The position numbers and the translations under genes were made by a program. A stretch of DNA of 64,000 nucleotides from an uncultured delta proteobacterium (GTDB taxonomy: Bacteria > Myxococcota > Kuafuiibacteriia > Kuafuiibacteriales > Kuafuiibacteriaceae), in contig CAWDML010000009.1 of assembly GCA_963803435.1 (NCBI GenBank), forward strand, positions 576,001 through 640,000, written 5' to 3'. The notes under the pieces were generated by a model. That model was not told where the DNA came from, searched no databases, and saw nothing but the letters and a program-made list of their open reading frames with translations. Shown piece after piece: positions 26,547 through 36,253 of this stretch. Position 1 is the stretch's first letter, and each line of letters begins with the position of its first letter.

Positions 26547-29214
26547 CGGTGAACGTCCCGGCGTTGCCGCCGTCGTCGGTCACGGTCAGCTCGAGGTGGT
26601 AGTCGCCGGCCGGGCCGCCTGCGATCGCCGGTGCGTCGACGCGGAAGCGCGCGCTGGTGTAGCTGCCGGCGGGCGACCAGGTGGGGGCGCCAGCGTCGTC
26701 GAACCCCGTGAGGCGGTCGCGGGCCTCGGTCACCTGCTCGAGCGTGGCGGTGCCGTCGATCGCCTCCGCCGCACCGCCCGCGGGACGGACCGTGCCGGCG
26801 ACGCGCACCATGCTGCCGATCGGAACGGCGGCGCCGACCGCCCCGGGTGTCTCGATCGATCGCATCAGGAACGCGTTCAGCAGCGGTGGATCGGCGACGC
26901 GACCCTCGATGCCGTCGGCCGTCGCCGCGACGCCGTAGACGTGCAGCTTCTTGGACGCGACCACCTCGAACGACCGCGACGCGGTCTCGTAGTTGGTCAC
27001 CGCGCCGTTCTTCAGCGCGAGCCCGTGCACGGAGAGCCGGTAGCGTCCGAGCGGGAAGTCGCGGCGCTCCTGCCAGCGGACGCGCCAGCGGTGCGAGTCG
27101 CAGTTCTTCCGCGAGCAGTGTCCCTCGTACATCACGATCATCTCGAAGCCGCTGTCGTCGTAGAGCAGGCCCCCCGGCTTGGTGACCGGGCCGAACGTGC
27201 CGCCGTCCTCCCGCTCCAGCACGATCACCGGAAGGTCCAGCCCTGGGTGACCGCCCGACCAGGCCAGCGTCACCTCGTCCAGGCGCTCCACCTCGGCCGG
27301 GATGTCCTCGAGGATCTCGGCGGGGTCGCCCTCGGTCTCGGTGAAGGGCACGGTCTGCCGCTTCTCCTCTGGATCGACCCAGTACATCGGCTTCAGGTTG
27401 CCGTTGGGCGGGAAGGTGCGGGCCTCTGGCTCCTTGGCCAGCTCGGCGGCGATCTGGACCGAGCTCGTCACCAGGTAGGGCGCCAGCTTCCAGCCCCAGA
27501 TGTCGCGCGACGGCTCGTAGCCGCCCTGGAACCAGTCGTCCTCGTTGAGCAGGTAGAAGTGGTGATCCTGCGAGTAGCCGAGCGTGACGGCGTCGGTGAC
27601 GCCGGGGATCGCGTCCTTCACCCGGGCCGCCGCGTCGCGGCCGAACTGCGACACGGGCTCACCGGGCATCGTCGGCAGGGCCAGCGTGCCCAGGCGCAGG
27701 ACGGAGAGGTGCGTCTTCTGGAACTCGGGTACCGGATAGCCGCCGGTCAGACACTCGATGCCGAACACGCAGGCGAGGTCGCCGTCGGAGAACGCGGTGC
27801 TCGGGTCTTCGTCCTCGAGATAGCCGTCGACGCACTGGAACGCGCCGTAGCGGAAGTAAGGCGGGGTGTCGTCGCAGCTCACGTCGGAGTCGTAGAACTC
27901 GCCGTCGCCGTAGCCGAGGATGTCGTGCGAGATGGGAATGCGGCCGTCGAAGATCCCGACCTGGATCTGATCGCTGGTCTGGATCGCGTCGAGCTCGGGC
28001 TCCATCACGTCCCAGGCGCGCCGGCCGATCACCTGGAGCTGCTCCGCGTGGGTGTGTCCGCGATCCCCGCCGGAGGGCGACTGATCGCCGGCGTTGCCCT
28101 GGAGATAGAAGCCGAGGATCGGGTGGCCGTACTTCCGGCTCGCCTCCTCGGTGAGCGCCATCTCCACCCCGGTGCCGGCGTCGCCGGTGATCATGGGGTT
28201 GTCGTAGTCGAACACCGTCCCGTGCATGCCGAAGTTGGTGAGGAATGCGATCGGCTCGCCGCTGTCGTCGTCGACGCGCATCAGGAGCATGCGATCGTCC
28301 TTCTTCAGGTAGCCGGGGAGGTTGTCGTTGCGGTTGCGGCGGTCGTGGTGGATGCGATCGTCGGGATCGAAGTCGTCGAGGACCACGTACCCGAGGCGAG
28401 CCGGCTGGAGATCGTCGAGGGCCATGACCACGGCGTCGGCGTACGTGGTGGTCATCCGATCGAAGACCTCGTAGCTGAACTCGCCGTATCCGAAGAAGCC
28501 GAACGCCAGGCCGTCGACCAGGTGCCACCAGCGCGCCGGCAGCGAGTGGCTGTGGTTCGCGGAGGTGATCAGGTCGTCGAGGATGTTCACGCCGGTGCGC
28601 TCCTGCACCTTGCGCGCGGTGTCCGCGAGCATGAAGTCGGCGCTCCACGAGGTGGAGATGCGGAGGAGCACGGCGGTCTCCTTGCCGTCCGAGAAGACGA
28701 TCGCGCGGGCGTCGGGCCGATCGAACCAGGCGTTGCTGCCCCCGAGCGTCTCCTGGTACGGCGTGCGCGGTCCGATGCGGCTGCCGTAGCCGGCCATGCT
28801 CACGCCCATCGGAAAGTCGAGCGGGACGCGGCCGAGGCCCACCATCAAGCGGCCGCGCTCGCCGCTCGGGAGGGGAGCGCCGTCGAAGGCGACCGGGTAG
28901 GGCGTGCAGACGCCGTTCAGGCAGTAGCCGTCGGAGGCGCAGTCGTTGTCGGTGACGCAGACGGGGAAGCAGCGGTGGCTGGCCTGGTCGCAGATGCACC
29001 GGTCGTCCGCGCAGATGGGAGCGGTGGCGCAGTTCGCACGCTCGAAGCAGGAGACCGTCGGATGGCACTCGCCCAGATAGCAGACGCCGTCATGGTCGCA
29101 GTCCGAGTGATAGCCGCATTTGGCCTTCTCCGGCGGCTTCTGTACGTCGCTCTTGCAGGCCGTGGCGGCGAGCCCGACGAGCGCGGCCGCCCCTGCCCAG
29201 ATCCCGAGACGCAT
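26530..29214 (-). CDS. Neutral/alkaline ceramidase-family lipoprotein with Cys-rich N-terminus
   Basis: ATA-C lipobox; MAGYG, SANHSHS, NFGMHGT, LQGNAGDQSP, MPGEP, GYSQDH..Y, GGYE. Confidence 0.82.
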   Translation of the reverse strand: MRLGIWAGAAALVGLAATACKSDVQKPPEKAKCGYHSDCDHDGVCYLGECHPTVSCFERANCATAPICADDRCICDQASHRCFPVCVTDNDCASDGYCLNGVCTPYPVAFDGAPLPSGERGRLMVGLGRVPLDFPMGVSMAGYGSRIGPRTPYQETLGGSNAWFDRPDARAIVFSDGKETAVLLRISTSWSADFMLADTARKVQERTGVNILDDLITSANHSHSLPARWWHLVDGLAFGFFGYGEFSYEVFDRMTTTYADAVVMALDDLQPARLGYVVLDDFDPDDRIHHDRRNRNDNLPGYLKKDDRMLLMRVDDDSGEPIAFLTNFGMHGTVFDYDNPMITGDAGTGVEMALTEEASRKYGHPILGFYLQGNAGDQSPSGGDRGHTHAEQLQVIGRRAWDVMEPELDAIQTSDQIQVGIFDGRIPISHDILGYGDGEFYDSDVSCDDTPPYFRYGAFQCVDGYLEDEDPSTAFSDGDLACVFGIECLTGGYPVPEFQKTHLSVLRLGTLALPTMPGEPVSQFGRDAAARVKDAIPGVTDAVTLGYSQDHHFYLLNEDDWFQGGYEPSRDIWGWKLAPYLVTSSVQIAAELAKEPEARTFPPNGNLKPMYWVDPEEKRQTVPFTETEGDPAEILEDIPAEVERLDEVTLAWSGGHPGLDLPVIVLEREDGGTFGPVTKPGGLLYDDSGFEMIVMYEGHCSRKNCDSHRWRVRWQERRDFPLGRYRLSVHGLALKNGAVTNYETASRSFEVVASKKLHVYGVAATADGIEGRVADPPLLNAFLMRSIETPGAVGAAVPIGSMVRVAGTVRPAGGAAEAIDGTATLEQVTEARDRLTGFDDAGAPTWSPAGSYTSARFRVDAPAIAGGPAGDYHLELTVTDDGGNAGTFTATVTK

Positions 29215-29307
29215 GGCTCCTTATGGCCGCCCGGCCGCCCCCGCACCATCGGATGCGAGGACGAGCGTCCACGGTCAATTCGCTTGCCAGGGCAGTCGGG
29301 GGGAGAC

Positions 29308-29613
29308 ATGCTCGCTGCCCGCATGAGCGTTTTGTACTGTCACAAGTGCGGCAACCAGACGGAGCTGATCGACAAGGTCAAGCGCGCCGACACCTGCGAG
29401 CACTGCGGCGCCGACATGCACGCCTGCAAGAACTGCAAGTTCTTCGATCCCTACGTCCACAACCAGTGCCGGGAGTCGACGACGGTCTGGGAGCCGGACA
29501 AGGAGAAGGCGAACTTCTGCACCTACTTCGTCCCGCGCGAGGGCGAGGCGGAGGAGTCCGAGGATCGGGATCAGGCCCTCTCCAAGCTCGAGAACCTCTT
29601 CAAGAAGAAGTAG
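29308..29613 (+). CDS. Small multi-Cys (zinc-ribbon-like) conserved protein
   Basis: CHKC, CEHC, CKNC..F, C, ANFC..F, LENLFKK; GGGAG RBS; start 29308 or 29323. Confidence 0.85.
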   Translation: MLAARMSVLYCHKCGNQTELIDKVKRADTCEHCGADMHACKNCKFFDPYVHNQCRESTTVWEPDKEKANFCTYFVPREGEAEESEDRDQALSKLENLFKKK

Positions 29614-29656
29614 TTTGCACCGATTGCGTCAGGTGATAAGAGCGTCGGCCCGAAGC

Positions 29657-29730
29657 GGTGGGGTAGCTCAGTCGGTTAGAGCGAGGGTCTCATAAGCCCT
29701 AGGTCGCCGGTTCGATTCCGGCCCCCACCA
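29657..29730 (+). tRNA. tRNA with CAU anticodon (elongator Met or Ile2)
   Basis: GGTGGGG/CCCCACC-A acceptor; AGGGT-CTCATAA-GCCCT; GGTTCGATTCC; paired 1-72, so not an initiator. Confidence 0.93.
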
Positions 29731-29741
29731 CTGTTCTCCTC

Positions 29742-30677
29742 GTGGAGGAGGTCCGCTACATCCGAACGCCCGACGGGGCGCGCCTGGCGCTCACCGAGAT
29801 CCTCCACGGCGCACCGAAGGAGGGGCCCCGGTTCCTGCTCCTCCACGGCTTTGCCCAGAACCGCCTGGCCTTCACGCTCGGTCCGCTGCCGGACCTGCTG
29901 ATCAGGCGCGGGGCCCGGGTGTTCGTCGGCGAGCTGCGCGGACACGGGCGGAGCCGGAGCCCCGAAAGCGGTGCCCGCCACTCCCTTGCAACCCACCTTG
30001 CGGTCGATCTGCCGGCGCTCATCCGTGAGATCGGCGCGCCGCTCCACGTGATCGGACACTCGATGGGCGGCCTGCTCGGCTACGCGATGCTGGACCGGCC
30101 CGAAGAGGGAGCGCTCGCATCGTTGACCACCATCGGGGCACCGGTGTTGCTCGGGCGCGGCCGCATGCTGGTGCGGTTGGCGGCGATCCTGACCGGCCCG
30201 CTCGGACGGCTCCCGGTGGACGAGCTGCCGATGGATCGCTTCCTGCGCCTGCTGTCCGTCATGCTCGCCCGGCCCAGCGCGACGGGCTCGATCCGCGCGC
30301 TCCAGCGGCTCACACGCCTGGCATCGCCCGAGCACGCGCCGCCCGCGGCCATCGAGGCGATCCTGGGTCACGCGGACCCGGCGTCGCCCGTGGTCTTCAC
30401 CGAGCTGGCGCGGATGGCGATGGCGCGGGAGCCGACCGTGGCCGGTGTGTCGATCGTTCGCGCGCTCCTCTCGTCCCCGATCCCGGTGGCGACGGTCGTG
30501 GGGAGCGAAGACATCTTCGGCGGCCGTCTCGCGGTGGCGCCGTTCGACGTGCCGGCGCAGGCCGGCCCCCGCCTGGTGCTCGAGGTTCAAGGCGCGACGC
30601 ACGTCGACCTTACGATCGGGCATCACCTTCCCGAGACGGTGGCGCGCCTGTGGCCGTTCCTCACGGAAGGGCGTTGA
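29742..30677 (+). CDS. Alpha/beta-fold hydrolase
   Basis: DGARL, LLLHG, ELRGHG.S, GHSMGG nucleophile elbow, Asp (GSED) and His (THVD). Confidence 0.9.
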   Translation: MEEVRYIRTPDGARLALTEILHGAPKEGPRFLLLHGFAQNRLAFTLGPLPDLLIRRGARVFVGELRGHGRSRSPESGARHSLATHLAVDLPALIREIGAPLHVIGHSMGGLLGYAMLDRPEEGALASLTTIGAPVLLGRGRMLVRLAAILTGPLGRLPVDELPMDRFLRLLSVMLARPSATGSIRALQRLTRLASPEHAPPAAIEAILGHADPASPVVFTELARMAMAREPTVAGVSIVRALLSSPIPVATVVGSEDIFGGRLAVAPFDVPAQAGPRLVLEVQGATHVDLTIGHHLPETVARLWPFLTEGR

Positions 30678-30716
30678 CTTCGCGAAGGGCTTACCGTAGT
30701 CCACGAGGCTCCCACT

Positions 30717-30800
30717 GCGAGGGTGGCGGAATTGGTAGACGCGCAGGATTCAGGTTTCTGTGTCCGTATGGATGTGGGGGTTCGAGTCCCCCCCTTCGCA
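30717..30800 (+). tRNA. tRNA-Leu (anticodon CAG)
   Basis: GCGAGGG/CCTTCGC-A; CAGGA-TTCAGGT-TTCTG; long variable arm; GGTTCGAGTCC; TTGACT upstream at 30674. Confidence 0.95.
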
Positions 30801-30833
30801 TCGAGCCCCTGTTAGACGGAGCACCGGCGCCCG

Positions 30834-32483
30834 GTGCAGCTCTACACCAAGATCCTGATCGGAATGGGCGCCGGGGTGGTCCTCGGGCTGCTCTTCGGTC
30901 CCAACTCCAACATCCTGCCGCAGACGGGCGTCGAGCTGGGCCCCGACGCCGCCGTCCTGGATCAGCCGGACGGGCGCGCCGTGCCGCAGGCGGTCGGGCT
31001 CTCGCGGGCGTCGGTGATCGAGGCCCACGACGACTGGATGCAGATCGAGTGGACGCTCTCTCCCGCGGACGTCCTCCGGCTCAAGACCAAGGGGGTCGAG
31101 GCCAAGACGCACGTCCCGCTCGAGGGCTGGGTGAAGGAAGGCCCGAGCGTCCGCCGCTTCGCGCCGCTCGGCGAGACGCTGATCGACTCCACCGACTGGA
31201 TCGGCCGCCTCTTCCTGGCGCTCATCAAGATGGTGGTCGTGCCGCTGGTGTTCTTCTCGCTGGTGGTGGGCGTGGCGTCGCTCGGCGATCTGCGCGCGCT
31301 CGGGCGGCTGGGCGGCCGCACGCTGGTCTACTTCATGGGCACGACCGTCGCTTCGCTGATCATCGGGGTCACGCTGGCGAACCTGATCGAGCCGGGCCGG
31401 CTCCTGTCGGAGGGCGATCGGGCGACGCTCCTCGCCAGCTACGGCGGTGACGCCGGATCGGCGGTGGCGCGGGCCGCGTCGGCGCCCTCGACGATCGACA
31501 CGCTGGTCGGCATCGTCCCCGCCAACCCGATCGGCGCGCTCGCCTCGGGCGACATGCTCCAGATCATCTTCTTCGCGCTGATGCTCGGCATCGCGCTCAC
31601 CATGCTCCAGGCCGATCGCGCCAAGCTGGTGGTCGACGTGTTCGCGCGTCTCAACGACGCGATGGTGATGCTGGTCCACGTGGCGATGCTGCTCGCGCCC
31701 TACGGCGTCGCTGCGCTCCTGTTCAAGGTGGTCGGCTCGACGGGCTGGTCCGTTCTCCTGGCGCTGCTCGTCTACGGCCTGGTGGTGCTCGGCGGTCTCG
31801 CAATCCACTTCGTCTTCGTCTACGGCTCGGTGGTGCGCTTCGGCGCGCGGCTTCCGGTCTTGAAGTTCGTGGGCGCGGTGAAGGAGGCGCTCCTGGTCGC
31901 GTTTTCCACCTCGTCGTCCTCCGCGACGCTCCCGGTGACGATGGAGGCCTGCGAGGACAACCTCAACGTGTCGCCCAAGGTGGCCAGCTTCGTGCTCCCG
32001 CTGGGCGCGACGGTGAACATGGACGGGACGGCGCTCTACCAGGGGGTGGCGGCGGTCTTCATCGCGCAGATCTACGGCATGCACCTCTCGATGCTCGACC
32101 AGGCCACGATCGTCGTCTCCGCGACGCTCGCCTCGGTCGGCGCCGCCGGTGTCCCCGGGGCGGGCATCATCACCATCGCCACCGTCCTGACCGCGGTCGG
32201 CGTCCCCACGGAGGGCCTGGCGCTGATCCTGGGGGTCGACCGCCTGCTCGACATGTTCCGGACCGCCACCAACGTCATGGGCGACGCCACCGCATCGGCG
32301 TTCATGGCGCGGCTCGAGGGTGACAATCTCCGGATCATGACGGACGCGCAGGATCGTGCGGATCCCCACCGGGGCTTCGAGCGACGGCTGGAGAGCGGGA
32401 CGCACCCCGTCACGGTGGAGGCTACGTCCGCTGGCTCCTCGGAAGCTCGATCACGAACGAGCACCCCTCACCCGGACGATTGA
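30834..32483 (+). CDS. Dicarboxylate/amino acid:cation symporter (DAACS, GltP-like) with N-terminal insertion
   Basis: IKMVVVPLVF, AFSTSSSSATLP, PLGATVNMDG, GAAGVPG, VDRLLDMFRT. Confidence 0.95.
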   Translation: MQLYTKILIGMGAGVVLGLLFGPNSNILPQTGVELGPDAAVLDQPDGRAVPQAVGLSRASVIEAHDDWMQIEWTLSPADVLRLKTKGVEAKTHVPLEGWVKEGPSVRRFAPLGETLIDSTDWIGRLFLALIKMVVVPLVFFSLVVGVASLGDLRALGRLGGRTLVYFMGTTVASLIIGVTLANLIEPGRLLSEGDRATLLASYGGDAGSAVARAASAPSTIDTLVGIVPANPIGALASGDMLQIIFFALMLGIALTMLQADRAKLVVDVFARLNDAMVMLVHVAMLLAPYGVAALLFKVVGSTGWSVLLALLVYGLVVLGGLAIHFVFVYGSVVRFGARLPVLKFVGAVKEALLVAFSTSSSSATLPVTMEACEDNLNVSPKVASFVLPLGATVNMDGTALYQGVAAVFIAQIYGMHLSMLDQATIVVSATLASVGAAGVPGAGIITIATVLTAVGVPTEGLALILGVDRLLDMFRTATNVMGDATASAFMARLEGDNLRIMTDAQDRADPHRGFERRLESGTHPVTVEATSAGSSEARSRTSTPHPDD

Positions 32484-33483
32484 CCACGCGGATTGCACCG
32501 CCGTGCGCCTCGACCGCCTGCTTCACGATCATCAGCCCGAGCCCAAAGCCGCTCCGATCGTCGCCGACCTGCACGAACGGCTGGAACAGCCGCGAGGGCA
32601 GATCCTCGGGGAGGCCACCGCACTGATCCTCGACCTCGAAGAGGATGTGGTCCTCCCGATCGAGCGCCCGGATCCAGAGCCGCCCGCCCGCGTGGGTGAA
32701 CTTCACCGCGTTCGTGATGAGGTTGGTGAGCGCCGAGAGCATGAGCTTCGGGTCGACCTCGACCTGCAGCGGCTCGACCTCGACCTCGATGGCCAGATTG
32801 CGGCGGTCGGCGGCCATCCGCACATCCTCGATCGCGGCCTCGATCAGCTGCGCGACGTCGATCGTCTGCGCGTGAAGCTGCGGCTGTCCCTGGAGACGGG
32901 CCTCGACCAGCGAGTTGTCGACCAGCGACGAGAGCTGAGCGAGCGCGCGATCGACCCGCGCCATGTAGGGTGACGGGGCCGCGCCCTGCTGCGACATCAA
33001 CGCCAGCCCCAGCCGCGCCGTGTGCAGTGGGGTGCGGATCTCGTGGGCCACGAAGGAGAAGTGGCGCGCCGTCTCCTCGGCGATCTGGCGGTCCCGCTTC
33101 TTGGCGTACTCGGTGACCGAGTCCGAGGTGCCGCGCCCGATCAACCGCACCAGCTCCTTGGCCTCGCGCATCGAGACCCGCAGCTTCTCGGCCTCCGCCA
33201 TCTCGAGCACCGTCTCTCCGACCAGCGAGAACTCCTGTGCCAGCCCGCCGATGTCGAGACCGATCTCGACCCGATGCCGGCCATGGGATCGCGCGCTCGC
33301 GCTCTTCGGCCACTCCTCTGGCGGCGTCTCGAGGCACTCGGCCAGCTCGTCGAGGAAGCCGGGCAGGTCGTTGATCAGCTGGGGGCGGACATCCGCGTCG
33401 AGCGCGAGGCGCTCGGCGACGTTTCGCACCCAGCGACCCATGATCGCGTCTCGATTTGCGCGAATGAACTCTCCCAACGACAC
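32422..33483 (-). CDS. Cytoplasmic histidine kinase with N-terminal RsbRD_N-like helical domain
   Basis: AHEIRTPL, NLITNAVKFT, EDQCGG, LFQPF, GFGLGL; HGRHR in the N-domain. Confidence 0.9.
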   Translation of the reverse strand: MSLGEFIRANRDAIMGRWVRNVAERLALDADVRPQLINDLPGFLDELAECLETPPEEWPKSASARSHGRHRVEIGLDIGGLAQEFSLVGETVLEMAEAEKLRVSMREAKELVRLIGRGTSDSVTEYAKKRDRQIAEETARHFSFVAHEIRTPLHTARLGLALMSQQGAAPSPYMARVDRALAQLSSLVDNSLVEARLQGQPQLHAQTIDVAQLIEAAIEDVRMAADRRNLAIEVEVEPLQVEVDPKLMLSALTNLITNAVKFTHAGGRLWIRALDREDHILFEVEDQCGGLPEDLPSRLFQPFVQVGDDRSGFGLGLMIVKQAVEAHGGAIRVVNRPGEGCSFVIELPRSQRT

Positions 33484-33590
33484 GGGCGGGACGAACGCAC
33501 ACGGCGTGCCGCTCGTTCGCGGCGCGTTCGCCCGCGCGCCGATCGGTGGCCGGTGCGTGCTGCCTCAGTGCTGTGCGGGCAGGCCTCACC

Positions 33591-34949
33591 TCACTCGAAG
33601 CTGAGCCCGCCCTCGACCGCCGCCGACGCCAGCGACAGCTCGCCCGTCTCCTGTTCCACCAGACTGAGCAGCCCGGCCCCGGCGGCGCCGAATCGCTCCT
33701 GGATCCTGCGGATCGCACGGCGTGCGCTCTCCTTCACGGCGCGGTGGGTGAACAGCCCGCCGGCACAGTCGGTGAGATGCTCGATCGAGGAGAGCGTACC
33801 GACCAGACCGAGCGTGTAGGCCGACGCCAGCCGCACCCGCAGGTTGGGATGGTGGAGCAGCTCGATGAGGTCGCTCTCCACCGAGGCGTCGCCGATCGCA
33901 CCCAGCGCGGCGACGGCGTCCACGAGCAGGTCGTTGCTCGGCCGCGGATCGCGCAGCATTTCGAGCACCTCGGGGAGCAGCTCGCGACGCTCCGAGGCCG
34001 CGATCGCACGAAGGGCGGCGCTCACCACGCTGGTGAACGGCGAGCTGAGGAGCCGCGAGAGCGTGTCCTCGACGACGGCGCCCCGATAGCGCATGGCCAG
34101 CTGCCGGATCGCGTACAGCTTCAGCGCCACGCTGACGCTCGGCTCGTCGATCGCACCGACGATCTGCGGCAGGCCGTCGACCCCGCGTCCCAGCGCCGCC
34201 GCCAGACGCACGACCGGGTCGGGATCGGCGCTGGCGATGGGGAGCGCGGTGCGTGCCTCGGGGGAGTCGGGGAAGTATTCGAACAGTAGCTGGAAGCTCT
34301 TGCGCCGGATGCCGTCCACGGGGTCCGCGAGGTTCCGGTCCAGCGCCCGCGGAATGGCCGCGTCCTCGATCATGAGCGCTTCGGCGAGATCGCAGAGCAT
34401 GTGGAGCACCCCGATCAGACGGCGCTCGCTCGCGATGTGGCCGAGCTCGCGATGCGTGATGCGCCCATAGCCGACCGCAGCCCCGTGCATGCCGACCGCG
34501 AGCCTGACCAGCTCGCGCGTCTTCTGATCCAGGACGGCGGCGAGCCGCACCTCGTTGCCCTGTACCACCGTGAGGGTGTCGAGGGCCGCGTCGCCGGTGG
34601 ACAGCCCGCTCCGCTCGCGCTCCTCGAGCATCCAGCCGGTCCGAAAGCGTCGCCGCATGCGGAACGTCATCGGGATGTTCTTCGGATCCTCGAGATGAAA
34701 GCGCGTCACCTCGGAGAGCCCGCTGCTCGTGCCCATCTGGGCCGTCTCGACGCGGATGTTGACCGACCCGATCGATCCGTACATCCGCAGGTCTGGGCCC
34801 ACCTCGAGGACGAGACCGAGACGTTGCGCGGTGTGGCGCCAGGCATCCACCAGCTGGCTGCGGCGGCGGGCCTTGCGAAGCTGGACGGCGCGGCGGACGC
34901 CGGCTCCGACGAAGGCGATGGATCCGACCATCAAGAGCTCGCCGAGCAC
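33591..34949 (-). CDS. Membrane-anchored HEAT-repeat protein
   Basis: N-terminal TM; DPVVRLAAA, ALGAIGD, VRLASAYTLG repeats; GxLS tail motifs. Confidence 0.8.
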   Translation of the reverse strand: MLGELLMVGSIAFVGAGVRRAVQLRKARRRSQLVDAWRHTAQRLGLVLEVGPDLRMYGSIGSVNIRVETAQMGTSSGLSEVTRFHLEDPKNIPMTFRMRRRFRTGWMLEERERSGLSTGDAALDTLTVVQGNEVRLAAVLDQKTRELVRLAVGMHGAAVGYGRITHRELGHIASERRLIGVLHMLCDLAEALMIEDAAIPRALDRNLADPVDGIRRKSFQLLFEYFPDSPEARTALPIASADPDPVVRLAAALGRGVDGLPQIVGAIDEPSVSVALKLYAIRQLAMRYRGAVVEDTLSRLLSSPFTSVVSAALRAIAASERRELLPEVLEMLRDPRPSNDLLVDAVAALGAIGDASVESDLIELLHHPNLRVRLASAYTLGLVGTLSSIEHLTDCAGGLFTHRAVKESARRAIRRIQERFGAAGAGLLSLVEQETGELSLASAAVEGGLSFE

Positions 34950-34967
34950 CGAGACGATCGTATCACT

Positions 34968-36206
34968 TCACAGGTGCGGCCCGTCGAGCGCCGCGCTCAG
35001 GCCATACGCCGTGCCACCGATCACCAGGCCGGCGATCAAGCTGATCCATGGGGCCGAATCCTCCTCGAAGAGGGATCCGACGGTGAACGTGGCCCCGGCG
35101 CCGATGAGGCTGTATCCGAATGGACCCAAGAGGAGCCCCCGGGGGTTGACGTCTTCTGGCGCGGTGTCGTCCGCGTGGCGGGCGCCGAGAGTGGTGAATG
35201 CGGAGCCGCCCGAACAGTCGCCGCCCGGCTCGTCGAAGCAGGCCGTCACCAGATCGCGGTCCTGCGTCGCGACGGCGGCGACCAGCACGCCGGCGCCGAT
35301 CACCGACAGCGCGATGCCGCTCCAGAAGACGATCCGGTCTGCGATGCGGGATGGGTTGTTCTCGAGCGCTCGAAGATCGACGCTCACCGGCGCGGTCTGC
35401 CCGCGCTCCACCAGCACGCTCACGGTGAACGGTGCGTGCTTGGGATCGGTCAGCTCGATCACGTGCGTCCCAGGGCGGACCCGTCGGACCGCGATCGGCT
35501 CGTCCTGCGTGACGCCGACCGTGGTGCCGTCGATGGAAATGCCGGCGCCTTCGACGTCGCAGGTAATCTCGAGGGCGCCGTAGGGCTCGTAGTACCCGGC
35601 CTCCTCGAGCGGAGGTCGCAGCGTCTTCGTGAAGAGATCGTTCATGAAGCCCCGGGCCAGGGCCGCGGTGGGGATCTCCTTGCGCCGGACCTCGGCGAGA
35701 ACCGCGGACGCGGCGACGCGGGCCTCCAGATCGTCCTCCCAGCCATCCCTGCGTCGATCGGCCGCGTGAAAGAGGGCCAGCGCCTGATCCGTGTCGACCA
35801 GCAGCGCGGACATCCGGTCCGGCTGTCCCTCGCGAGTGACGTTCGTGAGGACCAGCAGATATCTCGAGTAGACGACGCCGTCGCGCCGCAGGCGATCGAC
35901 ATGCTCGCGAAATGGAGCGAGCTCGCCGCTGTCCGTCATCAGCGCCTCGCGCCGATAGTCGGGCCGTGCCTTGAGCGACAGGCAGACGAGCCGGCCCCGG
36001 CACTCGTCCATCAGGGAGGCGTCGAGCAGCACCGGGCGCAGATTCGTGTGCGCGGCGAAGAGCTCGTCGAGGATGCGGATGATCTCGGAGCTGTTGACGG
36101 CCGCAATCTCGCCGGTCGGCGTGCTCAGCAGGAACGAGAGCGGCTGCGGCTCCTCGAGGTGAACCTCGGGCGTCGCCGTCAGGAGCGCCAGGCCGAGGAG
36201 GAGCAC
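34968..36206 (-). CDS. PEGA-domain membrane protein
   Basis: Signal peptide; GALEI..GAGISIDG..G.T...PGTHVIEL; C-terminal TM helices. Confidence 0.8.
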   Translation of the reverse strand: MLLLGLALLTATPEVHLEEPQPLSFLLSTPTGEIAAVNSSEIIRILDELFAAHTNLRPVLLDASLMDECRGRLVCLSLKARPDYRREALMTDSGELAPFREHVDRLRRDGVVYSRYLLVLTNVTREGQPDRMSALLVDTDQALALFHAADRRRDGWEDDLEARVAASAVLAEVRRKEIPTAALARGFMNDLFTKTLRPPLEEAGYYEPYGALEITCDVEGAGISIDGTTVGVTQDEPIAVRRVRPGTHVIELTDPKHAPFTVSVLVERGQTAPVSVDLRALENNPSRIADRIVFWSGIALSVIGAGVLVAAVATQDRDLVTACFDEPGGDCSGGSAFTTLGARHADDTAPEDVNPRGLLLGPFGYSLIGAGATFTVGSLFEEDSAPWISLIAGLVIGGTAYGLSAALDGPHL

Positions 36207-36253
36207 GCGAAGATGGTAGCCTCAGATCGGCAGCACGGCCATGATGACCGGGC

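Noticed and set aside
22102-29300. Very long plus-strand ORFs (22102..25161; most of 26596..29613) and similar shadows such as 9313..11739 and 53270..55801
   Set aside because: Antisense or off-frame shadows of real high-GC genes; only 29308-29613 of the second is a credible gene
29657-29730. Initiator tRNA-fMet
   Set aside because: Has a G1-C72 pair and lacks the three terminal G-C pairs of the initiator anticodon stem
11074-30800. tRNA-anchored genomic island or prophage
   Set aside because: No integrase, phage genes or duplicated tRNA 3' end noticed
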